A DNA stretch of 64,000 bases from Acidimicrobiales bacterium (lineage in GTDB: Bacteria; Actinomycetota; Acidimicrobiia; Acidimicrobiales; SZUA-35), in the NCBI GenBank assembly GCA_024638815.1, contig JAHEJM010000002.1, forward strand, positions 69,330-133,329, read 5' to 3'. This document shows, in pieces, positions 18,546-27,013 of the stretch. Within the stretch, counting starts at the first letter, position 1. Each line of letters begins with the position of its first letter. A program made the position numbers and the translations under genes. The notes beneath the pieces are model-generated. The model did no database searches, was not told the origin of the DNA, and saw only the letters and a program-made list of their open reading frames with translations.

Positions 18546-19757
18546 GTGAGCATCATCGACCAGCAGGGCGGTGGACAAAACGTCGGTGGGTCAAACAGCA
18601 GCGGTGCCCCCGACTCGAGCCCGTCCAACCATCAGGCCGTCGGTTATGATGCCGGCCACCACTCGGCACCCGAGCTGGAGTGGGACGATCAGTCCGAGTT
18701 CGTGCGGACCCGGCCGGCCGGGTTCCGCATCATCCGGGTGCTGGTGGCCATGGCGTTGCTGGTCGTGATCGGCTACGTGGCCTACACGGCCGGTCGGGAC
18801 TGGTTCGCCGGTCAGCTCGATCCCGAGGGCGAACCGGGGGCCGAAGTCGCGGTCGACGTGCCGGCCGGCGCCACCACAAGTGACATCGGATCGATCCTGG
18901 TGGGCAAGGAGATCATTCCCAACAGCACATTTTTCCGCTACTACGCCCAGTGGAAGGATCAGGGTAACTTCCAGGCCGGTGAGTACACGTTCCGGGAGAA
19001 CATGTCGGCCGATGAGGCCATCGCCGTGTTGCAGGGTGGACCGGCGCAGATCGAATACGGCGAGTTCCTGGTTCCCGAGGGCCTGTGGGTCGACGAGATG
19101 CTGCCCCGCATCGCCGCTCAGATCGATGGCGTGAGCGCGGGTGAACTCCGGGCCGCGCTCGACTCCGGTCGCCTCCAGCCTCGATATCGCCCGTCCGGAG
19201 TTGCCTCGTGGGAGGGCCTGCTGTTCCCCTCCAAGTACTTCATCGAAAGCGACATCACGGCCATCGAGGTTCTGGCCAAGATGAACGATGAATTCGCCCG
19301 AGTCACCGGTGAGTTGGGCTACGGCGCCGCCGAGCAGGTTCACGACATGTCGGCCTATGAGGTCATCATCATCGCCTCCATGGTCGAGGCCGAAGCCAAG
19401 ACCGATGGCGACCGGGCCAAGATCGCCCGGGTCATCTACAACCGTCTTCGGGAACCCATGCGCCTCCAGATCGATGCCTCGCTGCTCTATGGCCTCGCCG
19501 ACCGCCAGGCCCAGCTGACCACCGACGTGCTCCAGACCGATTTCGAGTACAACGTCTACACCCGGGACGGTCTGCCCCCGACCCCGATCGCAGCCCCGGG
19601 CCGAGCCTCACTGGAGGCGGCCATGAACCCGGCCGACGGTGATTGGCTGTTCTATGTCCTGGCCGACGAGCGGGGCAACCACTTCTTCACCAACAGCTAC
19701 GACGAGTTCCTGGAGCAGAAGGCGATCTCGGAAGAGGCCGGACTGCTGGGCGGGTGA
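18546..19757 (+). CDS. mltG: endolytic murein transglycosylase MltG (YceG-like)
   Basis: N-terminal TM, then a YceG domain (ASMVEAEAK, NVYTRDGLPPTPIAAPG, YDEF). GTG start. Confidence 0.85.
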   Translation: MSIIDQQGGGQNVGGSNSSGAPDSSPSNHQAVGYDAGHHSAPELEWDDQSEFVRTRPAGFRIIRVLVAMALLVVIGYVAYTAGRDWFAGQLDPEGEPGAEVAVDVPAGATTSDIGSILVGKEIIPNSTFFRYYAQWKDQGNFQAGEYTFRENMSADEAIAVLQGGPAQIEYGEFLVPEGLWVDEMLPRIAAQIDGVSAGELRAALDSGRLQPRYRPSGVASWEGLLFPSKYFIESDITAIEVLAKMNDEFARVTGELGYGAAEQVHDMSAYEVIIIASMVEAEAKTDGDRAKIARVIYNRLREPMRLQIDASLLYGLADRQAQLTTDVLQTDFEYNVYTRDGLPPTPIAAPGRASLEAAMNPADGDWLFYVLADERGNHFFTNSYDEFLEQKAISEEAGLLGG

Positions 19758-20626
19758 CCGGTTCGTTCCCGGCGGCCGAGATGGCGATCACCGGCCACAC
19801 TCGCGTCGCCGGTGTCATCGGCTGGCCGGTTCGTCACTCGAAATCACCGGCCCTTCACAACGCCGCCTTCCGAGCCACCGGTCTCGATTGGGTCTACGGT
19901 GCGTTCGATGTGAGTCCCGGGCACGGGCGACGAGCCGTCGAAGCCATGCGCACCCTGGGATTGGCCGGGCTGTCGGTGACCATGCCCCACAAGGAGGCAG
20001 CCGCCCGTTTCGCCGACCGTCGTAGCGCCGTGGCCGAACGTCTCGGTGTGGCCAACACCCTGTTCTGGGACGGTGAGGAGCTGGTTGCGGATTCGACCGA
20101 CGGTGATGGATTCGTCGCTGCGTTCGAGTACGAACTCGGTCGGAGCTCCGGCACCGGCTTCGACGGCGCCACCGTGGCGGTGATCGGTGCCGGTGGCGCC
20201 GCCCGGTCGATCATCGAGGCACTGGGTCGTACCGGAGCGGCGTCGATCCTGGTGGCCAACCGATCATCGGACAAGGCTGATGACGCTGCCCAACTCGCCC
20301 CCCAGGCCGTGCCGGTCCCGTTGACCGAGCCGGGGTGGGGCGATGTCGATGTGATCGTCAACGCCACCGCCGTCGGCATGGCCGGCGGTCCGGCCCCCGG
20401 GGTCAGCGTCGTTCCCGCCGATCTCGTGAGCGCCGATCAGGTGGTGGTCGACATCGTGTACGAACCGGAACGAACCCCGCTGCTGGCCATGGCCGGGGAG
20501 GTCGGGGCGACAACCGTTGGTGGTCTGGGCATGCTGATCCACCAGGCCGCGCTGCAGTTCGAACGCTGGACCGGAAAGCCGGCCCCGATCGATGTCATGC
20601 GCCACTCAGTCGGCCCCCGGGTCTGA
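19754..20626 (+). CDS. aroE: shikimate dehydrogenase
   Basis: Contains HSKSPALHNAAF, LSVTMPHK, NTL and the NADP site GAGGAARS. GTG 19754 overlaps the mltG stop (GTGA). ATG 19781 is the alternative start. Confidence 0.87.
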   Translation: MTGSFPAAEMAITGHTRVAGVIGWPVRHSKSPALHNAAFRATGLDWVYGAFDVSPGHGRRAVEAMRTLGLAGLSVTMPHKEAAARFADRRSAVAERLGVANTLFWDGEELVADSTDGDGFVAAFEYELGRSSGTGFDGATVAVIGAGGAARSIIEALGRTGAASILVANRSSDKADDAAQLAPQAVPVPLTEPGWGDVDVIVNATAVGMAGGPAPGVSVVPADLVSADQVVVDIVYEPERTPLLAMAGEVGATTVGGLGMLIHQAALQFERWTGKPAPIDVMRHSVGPRV

Positions 20627-20789
20627 TTGTCGAGAGGGGCCCTGGCCCGATCGCCGTCGACTGCCGTCGACAAAACCGCTCCAATCCTTTCCCGCCGGCT
20701 CAAATCCATGGGAGTTGGGCCGAATGAACTGGTGTAGCCACGATTCGTCCAGCGGCTTTGCCGGGCGTGACAGGAAAGGTATCACCAAC

Positions 20790-21602
20790 ATGCTTCAGGG
20801 TTCGCTCGAGAACTTTGCGCTCGACGAAGTGTTAGGACTGCTGTCGAGTACGTCGAAAACCGGTCAGTTGTCGATCAAGGGTGACAGGGGCACGGGCTCG
20901 CTCTCGTTCCGTCAGGGCCGCCTGATCGGCGGTACGGCCAGCTACGCCGCCAACGGCACCGGCATCGGTGACGTGATGTTCGAACTGCTCCGTTACAGCG
21001 AGGGCAACTTCACCTTCTCGGCCGAGGAGGTGGAAGCCACCGAGTTCGACGAGGACGTCATGTCGGTCCTGGAGGACGCGGAGAACCGTCTACTCGATTG
21101 GCGATCGATCGAGGCCGTGGTCCCCACCCTCAATCACATCGTCACCCCGGTGTCGGATCTTCCGGCCGAGGAGGTCACGATCACCCGAGGCGAGTGGTCG
21201 GCCCTCACCACCATCGCCGCCGGGTGTCCGGCCATGGTCGTCTGCGAGCGTCTCAATCTGGGTGAGGTCGAGGGAAGCCGGCAGATCAAGAATCTGGCCG
21301 AGCGCCAGCTGGTGATCATCAGTGAGCCGTCGAGCACCCGACCCCGGGTTCAGGCGTCCTCCCCATTGGTCAATGCCGCCACCAGCGGAAACGGCAATGG
21401 ATCGCTGTCGCTCAGCTCGACCCCTGACAGTCAAACCCAGGCCCGACCTCCGATGCCTCCAGGAACCGTTCACCCCGGAGGCAACTCGTCTCCGGCCGAC
21501 ATGAATGACTTCGGTGATGGACAGAGGGGCGCTTCCGACCTGGTCAACAGCGAGGACGTCAACGGTGGTTTGCTGATGGAGTACCTCAAGCAGGACAGCT
21601 GA
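20790..21602 (+). CDS. DUF4388 (PatA-N-like) domain protein with a low-complexity tail
   Basis: The product starts MLQGSLENFALDEVLGLLSSTSKTGQLSIKGDRGTGSLSFRQGRLIGG, the characteristic opening of DUF4388 domains. The C-terminal third is rich in S, P, N and G. Confidence 0.55.
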   Translation: MLQGSLENFALDEVLGLLSSTSKTGQLSIKGDRGTGSLSFRQGRLIGGTASYAANGTGIGDVMFELLRYSEGNFTFSAEEVEATEFDEDVMSVLEDAENRLLDWRSIEAVVPTLNHIVTPVSDLPAEEVTITRGEWSALTTIAAGCPAMVVCERLNLGEVEGSRQIKNLAERQLVIISEPSSTRPRVQASSPLVNAATSGNGNGSLSLSSTPDSQTQARPPMPPGTVHPGGNSSPADMNDFGDGQRGASDLVNSEDVNGGLLMEYLKQDS

Positions 21603-21611
21603 TCATCCGTC

Positions 21612-21634
21612 CGTCGGCGACCGAGTCGCCGACG
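21612..21634 (+). terminator. 10-bp GC-rich hairpin directly after the DUF4388 gene (no U-tract)
   Basis: CGTCGGCGAC-cga-GTCGCCGACG is a perfect inverted repeat beginning 10 nt after the stop. Confidence 0.35.
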
Positions 21635-21742
21635 GGGATGTGAACCGCAACGGACCCCGTCGCGTTGGCTCGCACCGATCTCGCCTCACGATCGTGGGGC
21701 GGGACCGGCGTTTTTGGCCCGCCTTCTCGATGACGGCGGCCG

Positions 21743-23212
21743 GTGGTCGACCTCACCGTTAGCCTTGACGGGGTGACGTCGTTTCCCACCGTAGTGGTCG
21801 CCCTTCCCGGCCTTCCCGTCGACGATGTGGTGTCGGCGGTGGCGGCGCGACAGGAACGGTCGGTGGTTCGCGGGCCGGATCGTTCCGTGATCGAGGAGTG
21901 GGCTCGGGTCTTGTCCGGCGCCGACGGGTCCGTCGTGGTGGCCACCGCTGCGTCACTGGAGTCGGTCGAGGTCCGGCGATCGGTTCGGGACCGGGCCGTC
22001 ACGGTCTGGGTCGACGATCCCCGATCCGCCGTCGAGCCGGCCGTGAAACGCCGGTTTCTCGGTCCCCTGACCACGGTGGCCGATGTACTGGTCGAGATCG
22101 ACCACCGCCCCGACCACCTGATCGCCGAGGATGTTGTCGCCGCCCTGGCCCGGGTCGCCCCTCCCGGTCACGCCCGCCAGTTGACCGAGTCGGTGACCGT
22201 CGACGGTGGACGCTCCTATGCCATCCACGTGGGACGGGGTGCACGGCAGCTGGTGTCGAAGCTGGTCCCCGATCGGGCGAGACGGGTGGCGGTGTTGACC
22301 CAGGACGGCATCGGAGTCGATGTCGAGACCGGGCGGGAGCAGCAGACGTTCGTGCTCCCCGCCGGGGAGGGGGCCAAGACGCTGTCGGTGGTCGAGGACC
22401 TGTGCTCCCGGTTTGCCCGCTGGGGCATGACAAGGGGCGACGCCGTGGTCACGGTCGGTGGGGGAGTGGTAAGTGACGTCGGCGGGTTCGTGGCTGCCTC
22501 CTACCACCGTGGAATACCGGTTGTCCATGTCTCGACGACGCTGTTGGGGCAAATCGACGCCGCCATCGGGGGCAAGTGTGGGGTCAACCTGGCCGAGGGA
22601 AAGAACCTGGTCGGTGCGTTCTGGCAGCCGGTGGCGGTGGTCTGTGAGATCGAGGCTCTCGATACGCTTCCTCCGGACGAGTTCGTGTCGGGCATGGGGG
22701 AGTTGGCCAAGTACCACTTCCTCGGTGGAGGCCGCCTGAACCGTCTCCCGCTGGCGGAGCGGGTGGCCGCCTCGGCCCGGATCAAGGCCGAGGTCGTCTC
22801 CGGTGATGAGCGGGAGGGCGGTCGTCGGGCCATTCTGAACTACGGCCACACACTGGCCCACGCGCTGGAAACGGCCAGTGGCTATCGAATCCGCCATGGC
22901 GAAGCCGTCGCCCTCGGCCTGGTCTACGCCGCCGAGGTGGCCCACCGCCTGGACCGCATCGATCAGGCTCGAGTGGACGAGCACCGGCGGGTGGTGACCG
23001 GCTACGGGTTGTCGACGTCACTTGCCGGGTTGATCGACCGCTACCCGGTCGGTCCGATCGATGTCGATCAGTTGCTCGACCTGTTCTCCCGGGACAAGAA
23101 GGCGGTCGACGGCGTAACGTTCGTGCTCGACGGACCGGATGGTGTCGAAACGGTTCGGGTCAACGATCGGGAGGTCCTGGCCGATGCCCTGGATCGTGTG
23201 GGCCGGCCGTGA
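21743..23212 (+). CDS. aroB: 3-dehydroquinate synthase with an in-frame N-terminal AroK-like extension lacking the P-loop
   Basis: The C-terminal ~340 aa are clearly AroB (GGGVVSDVGGF, GKNLVGAF, NYGHTLAHALE). About 146 codons of the same ORF lie upstream of the AroB core (see finding). TTG 22181 and GTG 22193 are alternative AroB-only starts. Confidence 0.85.
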   Translation: MVDLTVSLDGVTSFPTVVVALPGLPVDDVVSAVAARQERSVVRGPDRSVIEEWARVLSGADGSVVVATAASLESVEVRRSVRDRAVTVWVDDPRSAVEPAVKRRFLGPLTTVADVLVEIDHRPDHLIAEDVVAALARVAPPGHARQLTESVTVDGGRSYAIHVGRGARQLVSKLVPDRARRVAVLTQDGIGVDVETGREQQTFVLPAGEGAKTLSVVEDLCSRFARWGMTRGDAVVTVGGGVVSDVGGFVAASYHRGIPVVHVSTTLLGQIDAAIGGKCGVNLAEGKNLVGAFWQPVAVVCEIEALDTLPPDEFVSGMGELAKYHFLGGGRLNRLPLAERVAASARIKAEVVSGDEREGGRRAILNYGHTLAHALETASGYRIRHGEAVALGLVYAAEVAHRLDRIDQARVDEHRRVVTGYGLSTSLAGLIDRYPVGPIDVDQLLDLFSRDKKAVDGVTFVLDGPDGVETVRVNDREVLADALDRVGRP

Positions 23213-24375
23213 CATCGCACCACCCCTCGCCCCCGGCCGGGTCCCCACCGCTTTTGGCCATGAATGTCGCCGGACGGGCCCGGCAACTGGCTCGCGAGGT
23301 GGGGGACCGATGTGACGCCGTGATGATCTCCAAGCCGGCGAACCTGCGGTGGTTGACCGGTTTCACCGGTTCCAACGGCTCCGGTGCCCTGGTCGGTGAC
23401 GAGCTGATCGTGGTCACCGACGGGCGGTACCGGATCCAGATCGAGCACCAATTGTCCGAGGCGGGCGTGACCGCCCAGGTGCTGATTGGACGGAAGCTCG
23501 ATGATCTCCTGTTGTCCGAGCTGGACAAACGGCTGGGATCGTCGCCGCGTCTGGGCGTGGAGAGCCATCACATCACCTGGGACCGGCAGCGGTCGCTGCT
23601 CGGACAACTGGAGCAGCGCTGGGGCTCGGCTGCCGAACTCGAAGCTCTCGGTCCGGTCATCGACGACCTCCGCCAGATCAAGGACGACGGCGAGGTCGAT
23701 CGACTTCGCCGAGCCGCCGAGATAGCCGATGGCGCGCTGGCCGAGGTGATGACCGAGTTGACCGAGCTCGGACCGGGGTCGTACTCCGAACGACGGCTGG
23801 CTCGTCGACTCGAGTCGGCCATGCTCGACCGAGGCGCCGATGATGCCAGCTTCCCCACCATTGTCGCCTCCGGCCCGAACAGCGCCCTTCCCCACGCCCG
23901 ACCCGGCGCTCGCACCATTGATCGTGGCGATCTCTTGATCATCGACGTGGGGGCCAGGGTCGACGGCTATGGCTCCGACATGACCCGAACCTTCGCCATC
24001 GGCGGCTTCACTTCCGAGACCGAGGAGCTGTACCGGGCGGTTGAATCGGCCCAGGCCGCCGGTCTGGCCGCGGTGAAGCATGACGTCGAGGCGGTGGCGG
24101 TCGACCAGGCCTGCCGCCGGGTCCTGGCCGAACACGATCTGGTTGAGGCCTTCGTCCACGGCACCGGACACGGGATCGGGCTCGAAATCCACGAGCATCC
24201 GTTTTTGTCCCGCATCAGCGACGCTATGATCCGCTCCGGTCAGGCGATCACCATCGAGCCCGGTGTCTACATTCCAGGATTGGGTGGGGTGAGAATCGAG
24301 GATTCCGTCATCGTCACCGAATCCGGCCATATCCCGCTGACCCTCAGTCCGAAGGATCCCGTGGTGGCGGCGTGA
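23209..24375 (+). CDS. M24-family Xaa-Pro aminopeptidase/dipeptidase
   Basis: Creatinase-like N-terminal domain plus the M24B metal ligands (DVGARVDGYGSDMTRTF, HGTGHGIGLEIHE, ITIEPG, GGVRIED). GTG 23209 overlaps the aroB stop. ATG 23260 is the alternative start. Confidence 0.87.
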   Translation: MTSHHPSPPAGSPPLLAMNVAGRARQLAREVGDRCDAVMISKPANLRWLTGFTGSNGSGALVGDELIVVTDGRYRIQIEHQLSEAGVTAQVLIGRKLDDLLLSELDKRLGSSPRLGVESHHITWDRQRSLLGQLEQRWGSAAELEALGPVIDDLRQIKDDGEVDRLRRAAEIADGALAEVMTELTELGPGSYSERRLARRLESAMLDRGADDASFPTIVASGPNSALPHARPGARTIDRGDLLIIDVGARVDGYGSDMTRTFAIGGFTSETEELYRAVESAQAAGLAAVKHDVEAVAVDQACRRVLAEHDLVEAFVHGTGHGIGLEIHEHPFLSRISDAMIRSGQAITIEPGVYIPGLGGVRIEDSVIVTESGHIPLTLSPKDPVVAA

Positions 24376-24442
24376 CAGCCGTGCGGTCCGGGCCGGTACC
24401 GTTCAACACCAGTACTCACACGAAAAGGTGGACTAGTCCCCC

Positions 24443-25006
24443 ATGGCAACCATCAGCACGACCGATTTCAAGAACGGTATGACCATCGAGCTGTCGGATG
24501 GCCTGTTCCAGATTCAGGGGTTCCAGCACGTCAAGCCGGGCAAGGGAGGCGCCTTCGTCCGCTCCACACTGCGTAACGTCCGAACCGGTGCGGTGATCGA
24601 CCGAACATTCCGGGCCGGGGAGAAGGTCGAGAGCGCCTACATCGAGAAGCGGGAGAAGCAGTACCTGTACCGCGACGGCGATGCCTTCGCCGTCATGGAC
24701 TCCGAGACGTTCGAGCAGATGTCGGTTCCAAGCGCAGCCATGGGGGATGCCGTCAATTACCTCACCGAGGGTAGCCAGGTGGTGTTCCTGATGTATGGCG
24801 ATGAGATCATCGGTACCGACCTGCCGGCCTCGGTCGAGTTGTCGGTGACCGAGACCGAGCCCGGGGTTCAGGGCGATCGGGTATCGGGGGCACGCAAGCC
24901 GGCGACCCTCGAGACCGGACTGGTCGTCCAGGTTCCGTTGTTCGTCGAGGTCGACGATCGCATCAAGGTCGATACCCGCAGCGGCGAGTATCAGACCAGA
25001 GCGTGA
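24443..25006 (+). CDS. efp: elongation factor P
   Basis: 187 aa beginning MATISTTDFKNGMTIE, with the HVKPGKGGAFVR loop that carries the conserved Lys. Confidence 0.96.
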   Translation: MATISTTDFKNGMTIELSDGLFQIQGFQHVKPGKGGAFVRSTLRNVRTGAVIDRTFRAGEKVESAYIEKREKQYLYRDGDAFAVMDSETFEQMSVPSAAMGDAVNYLTEGSQVVFLMYGDEIIGTDLPASVELSVTETEPGVQGDRVSGARKPATLETGLVVQVPLFVEVDDRIKVDTRSGEYQTRA

Positions 25007-25419
25007 AGGCGGTCATGGACCACACCACGGCCCGGAGTCGTCGAGAGGCTCGGGAACGGGCGGTGGAGTTGGCCTATGAGGCCGAGCTCCGGGGCTGGAC
25101 CGTCGACCAGTTGTTGGACTCGCTGGCCATCACCCCCGACGGTTTCGTCGTCGAGCTGCTGCGCCGGGCCGAGCAGTATCGGGACGAAGCCGAGCGCCTC
25201 ATCGATGCCAAATCGACGGGTTGGCCCATCACCCGGATGCCCGTGCTCGATCGCCTCGTCATGACCATGGCCACCGCCGAACTCCTGCACGCCGACACCC
25301 CGACCGGTGTGGTGCTGTCCGAGGCGGTGGAGTTGGCCGGTCGATACTCGACCGATGAGTCGAGTCGGTTCGTCAACGGTGTCCTGGCCGCCATCGCTCG
25401 TGAGGTCCGTCCGACCTGA
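25003..25419 (+). CDS. nusB: transcription antitermination factor NusB
   Basis: 138 aa with a GTGA overlap with efp and a NusB-like helical domain (RERAVELAYEAEL ... FVNGVLAAI). Confidence 0.9.
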   Translation: MKAVMDHTTARSRREARERAVELAYEAELRGWTVDQLLDSLAITPDGFVVELLRRAEQYRDEAERLIDAKSTGWPITRMPVLDRLVMTMATAELLHADTPTGVVLSEAVELAGRYSTDESSRFVNGVLAAIAREVRPT

Positions 25420-25523
25420 TCCCTGGGTCTGCTCCTGTCGCCATGATGCCTCGGCGGCGGCGGCGACCGGGTCGAGGTGCCCAGCGGCCTTAATCCCCGA
25501 CTCGGCCATGCCGATAGGCATCG

Positions 25524-26828
25524 GTGCCCGAGCCGACGTCGACCGCCGAGTCCAACGGCCATGCCGCATCGAATCGGCCCGATCCACTGTGGTCCCGGGC
25601 CAGACCGAGCGGTCGTTGGCTGCTTCGCCTGATGCTGGTGGCCGTGGTCCTGGCCTCGACCACCGGCGTGACCATGGCCGATGGCGGCGCCGATCGCCGG
25701 GGTTCGGGATTCGCTCCCGATCGTTTGCTGTTCGGCCCCGAGGTGGCGGCCTCGGATTCGAGTCCGAACCTACCGGTTCGTCCCCGACCACCGACCGGCC
25801 TCATCGACGGCTTGTGGCTCGACACAGGTGATCGAGGCGCCGTCACCGCCGCCTACGTCGACGCCTTCGGGAGAGCGACGCCCGAGCTGACCTGGTCCGG
25901 TGCTCACGGTCGGTGCGAGCCCGGTGACAGTCCCGACAACCTGCGACGGGCCACCTTGGAGCGGGTGGCCTACTACCGGGCCATGGCCGGAGTACCGGCC
26001 TCGGTGGTGGAGGATCCCGAGCATTCGAGGCTGGCCCAGGCTGCGGCCCTGATGATGAGCGCCGAAGGCGCACTCACCCATCACCCCGAGCCCGACTACG
26101 CCTGCTTTTCCGCCGATGGCCAACTGGCGGCGGCCAACAGCAACCTCTATCTCGGCCGGACCGGTCCTCAGGCCATCGACGGCTACATCGAGGATCCCGG
26201 TGATCGCAATCGGGATGTCGGTCACCGGAGCACGATCCTCCACCCGCCGACGAGGACCATGGGCGTGGGCCATGTGGCCGCAGCCGACGATCGTCATGCC
26301 GCCAACGTGCTCTGGGTGTTCGACGACCGGGCGTTCGCCGACGATGTGCGCACCCGTGAGCCCGACGGATTCGTGGCGTGGCCGCCCCGGGGTTACATTC
26401 CTGCCCCCATCGTCTACCCCCGCTGGTCGTTCGCCCTGGCCGAGGCCGATTTCGACGATGCCCGAGTCACCATGGAGGTCGATGGGAGGGTGATCGAGCC
26501 GGACGTGGTGACCCGGCAGTCCAAGGTCGGCGAGGTCCCATCGTCCCTCGTGGTCTGGGAACCGGATCCGGACACGATCTCGAGTCTCGTCGTGCAGCCC
26601 CTGACCGACGGCACCGTCGATGAGGTCACGGTTTCGGTCACCATCCAAAATGTCGGCCCACCCCAGGACGGGACGTGGTCCTCATCGGATGCGGCTCTCG
26701 ACTTCGGCTATGACGTCATCATCCTTGCTGCACCCGAGATCGGCGGGTCGCCACTCGACCGGGCGCTCGATCCGATTTCCCGCGCCGCCCTGGCCTTCCT
26801 CGACGTTGGCCTTCCGACCGGCTCGTAA
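25524..26828 (+). CDS. secreted CAP/SCP (PR-1-like) domain protein with an unknown C-terminal domain
   Basis: Signal-peptide-like RWLLRLMLVAVVLASTTGVTMA, then a CAP-like region (RVAYYRAMAGVP, HHPEPDY, GHRSTILHP, MGVGHV). The start is uncertain (GTG 25524 to ATG 25632). Confidence 0.6.
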   Translation: MPEPTSTAESNGHAASNRPDPLWSRARPSGRWLLRLMLVAVVLASTTGVTMADGGADRRGSGFAPDRLLFGPEVAASDSSPNLPVRPRPPTGLIDGLWLDTGDRGAVTAAYVDAFGRATPELTWSGAHGRCEPGDSPDNLRRATLERVAYYRAMAGVPASVVEDPEHSRLAQAAALMMSAEGALTHHPEPDYACFSADGQLAAANSNLYLGRTGPQAIDGYIEDPGDRNRDVGHRSTILHPPTRTMGVGHVAAADDRHAANVLWVFDDRAFADDVRTREPDGFVAWPPRGYIPAPIVYPRWSFALAEADFDDARVTMEVDGRVIEPDVVTRQSKVGEVPSSLVVWEPDPDTISSLVVQPLTDGTVDEVTVSVTIQNVGPPQDGTWSSSDAALDFGYDVIILAAPEIGGSPLDRALDPISRAALAFLDVGLPTGS

Positions 26829-26972
26829 CGCCGCCCACGGCGCCGCAGTCTCGACCCCTCGCCTTGACTCCCAGGAACGGCCACGACCGGGTGTCGAGCC
26901 AAAATCCGTCACAAGGAGCGCGCGGTCTTCGGATGAGGGCTAGCCTCCTCGATAGGCAAATCCGTGAAGTGG

Positions 26973-27013
26973 GTTCGGTGAGACCCAGACGGAAGGAGTG
27001 CACTTGGCCGAAC
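26973..27013 (+). promoter_or_regulatory. candidate PyrR-binding stem-loop enclosing the pyrR SD and start codon
   Basis: The stem GTTCGG (26973-26978) / CCGAAC (27008-27013) closes a purine-rich loop, CCCAGACGGAAGGAG. That loop partly resembles the Bacillus PyrR box (UCCAGAGAGG) and contains the SD GGAAGGAG, GTG 26998 and TTG 27004. Confidence 0.45.
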
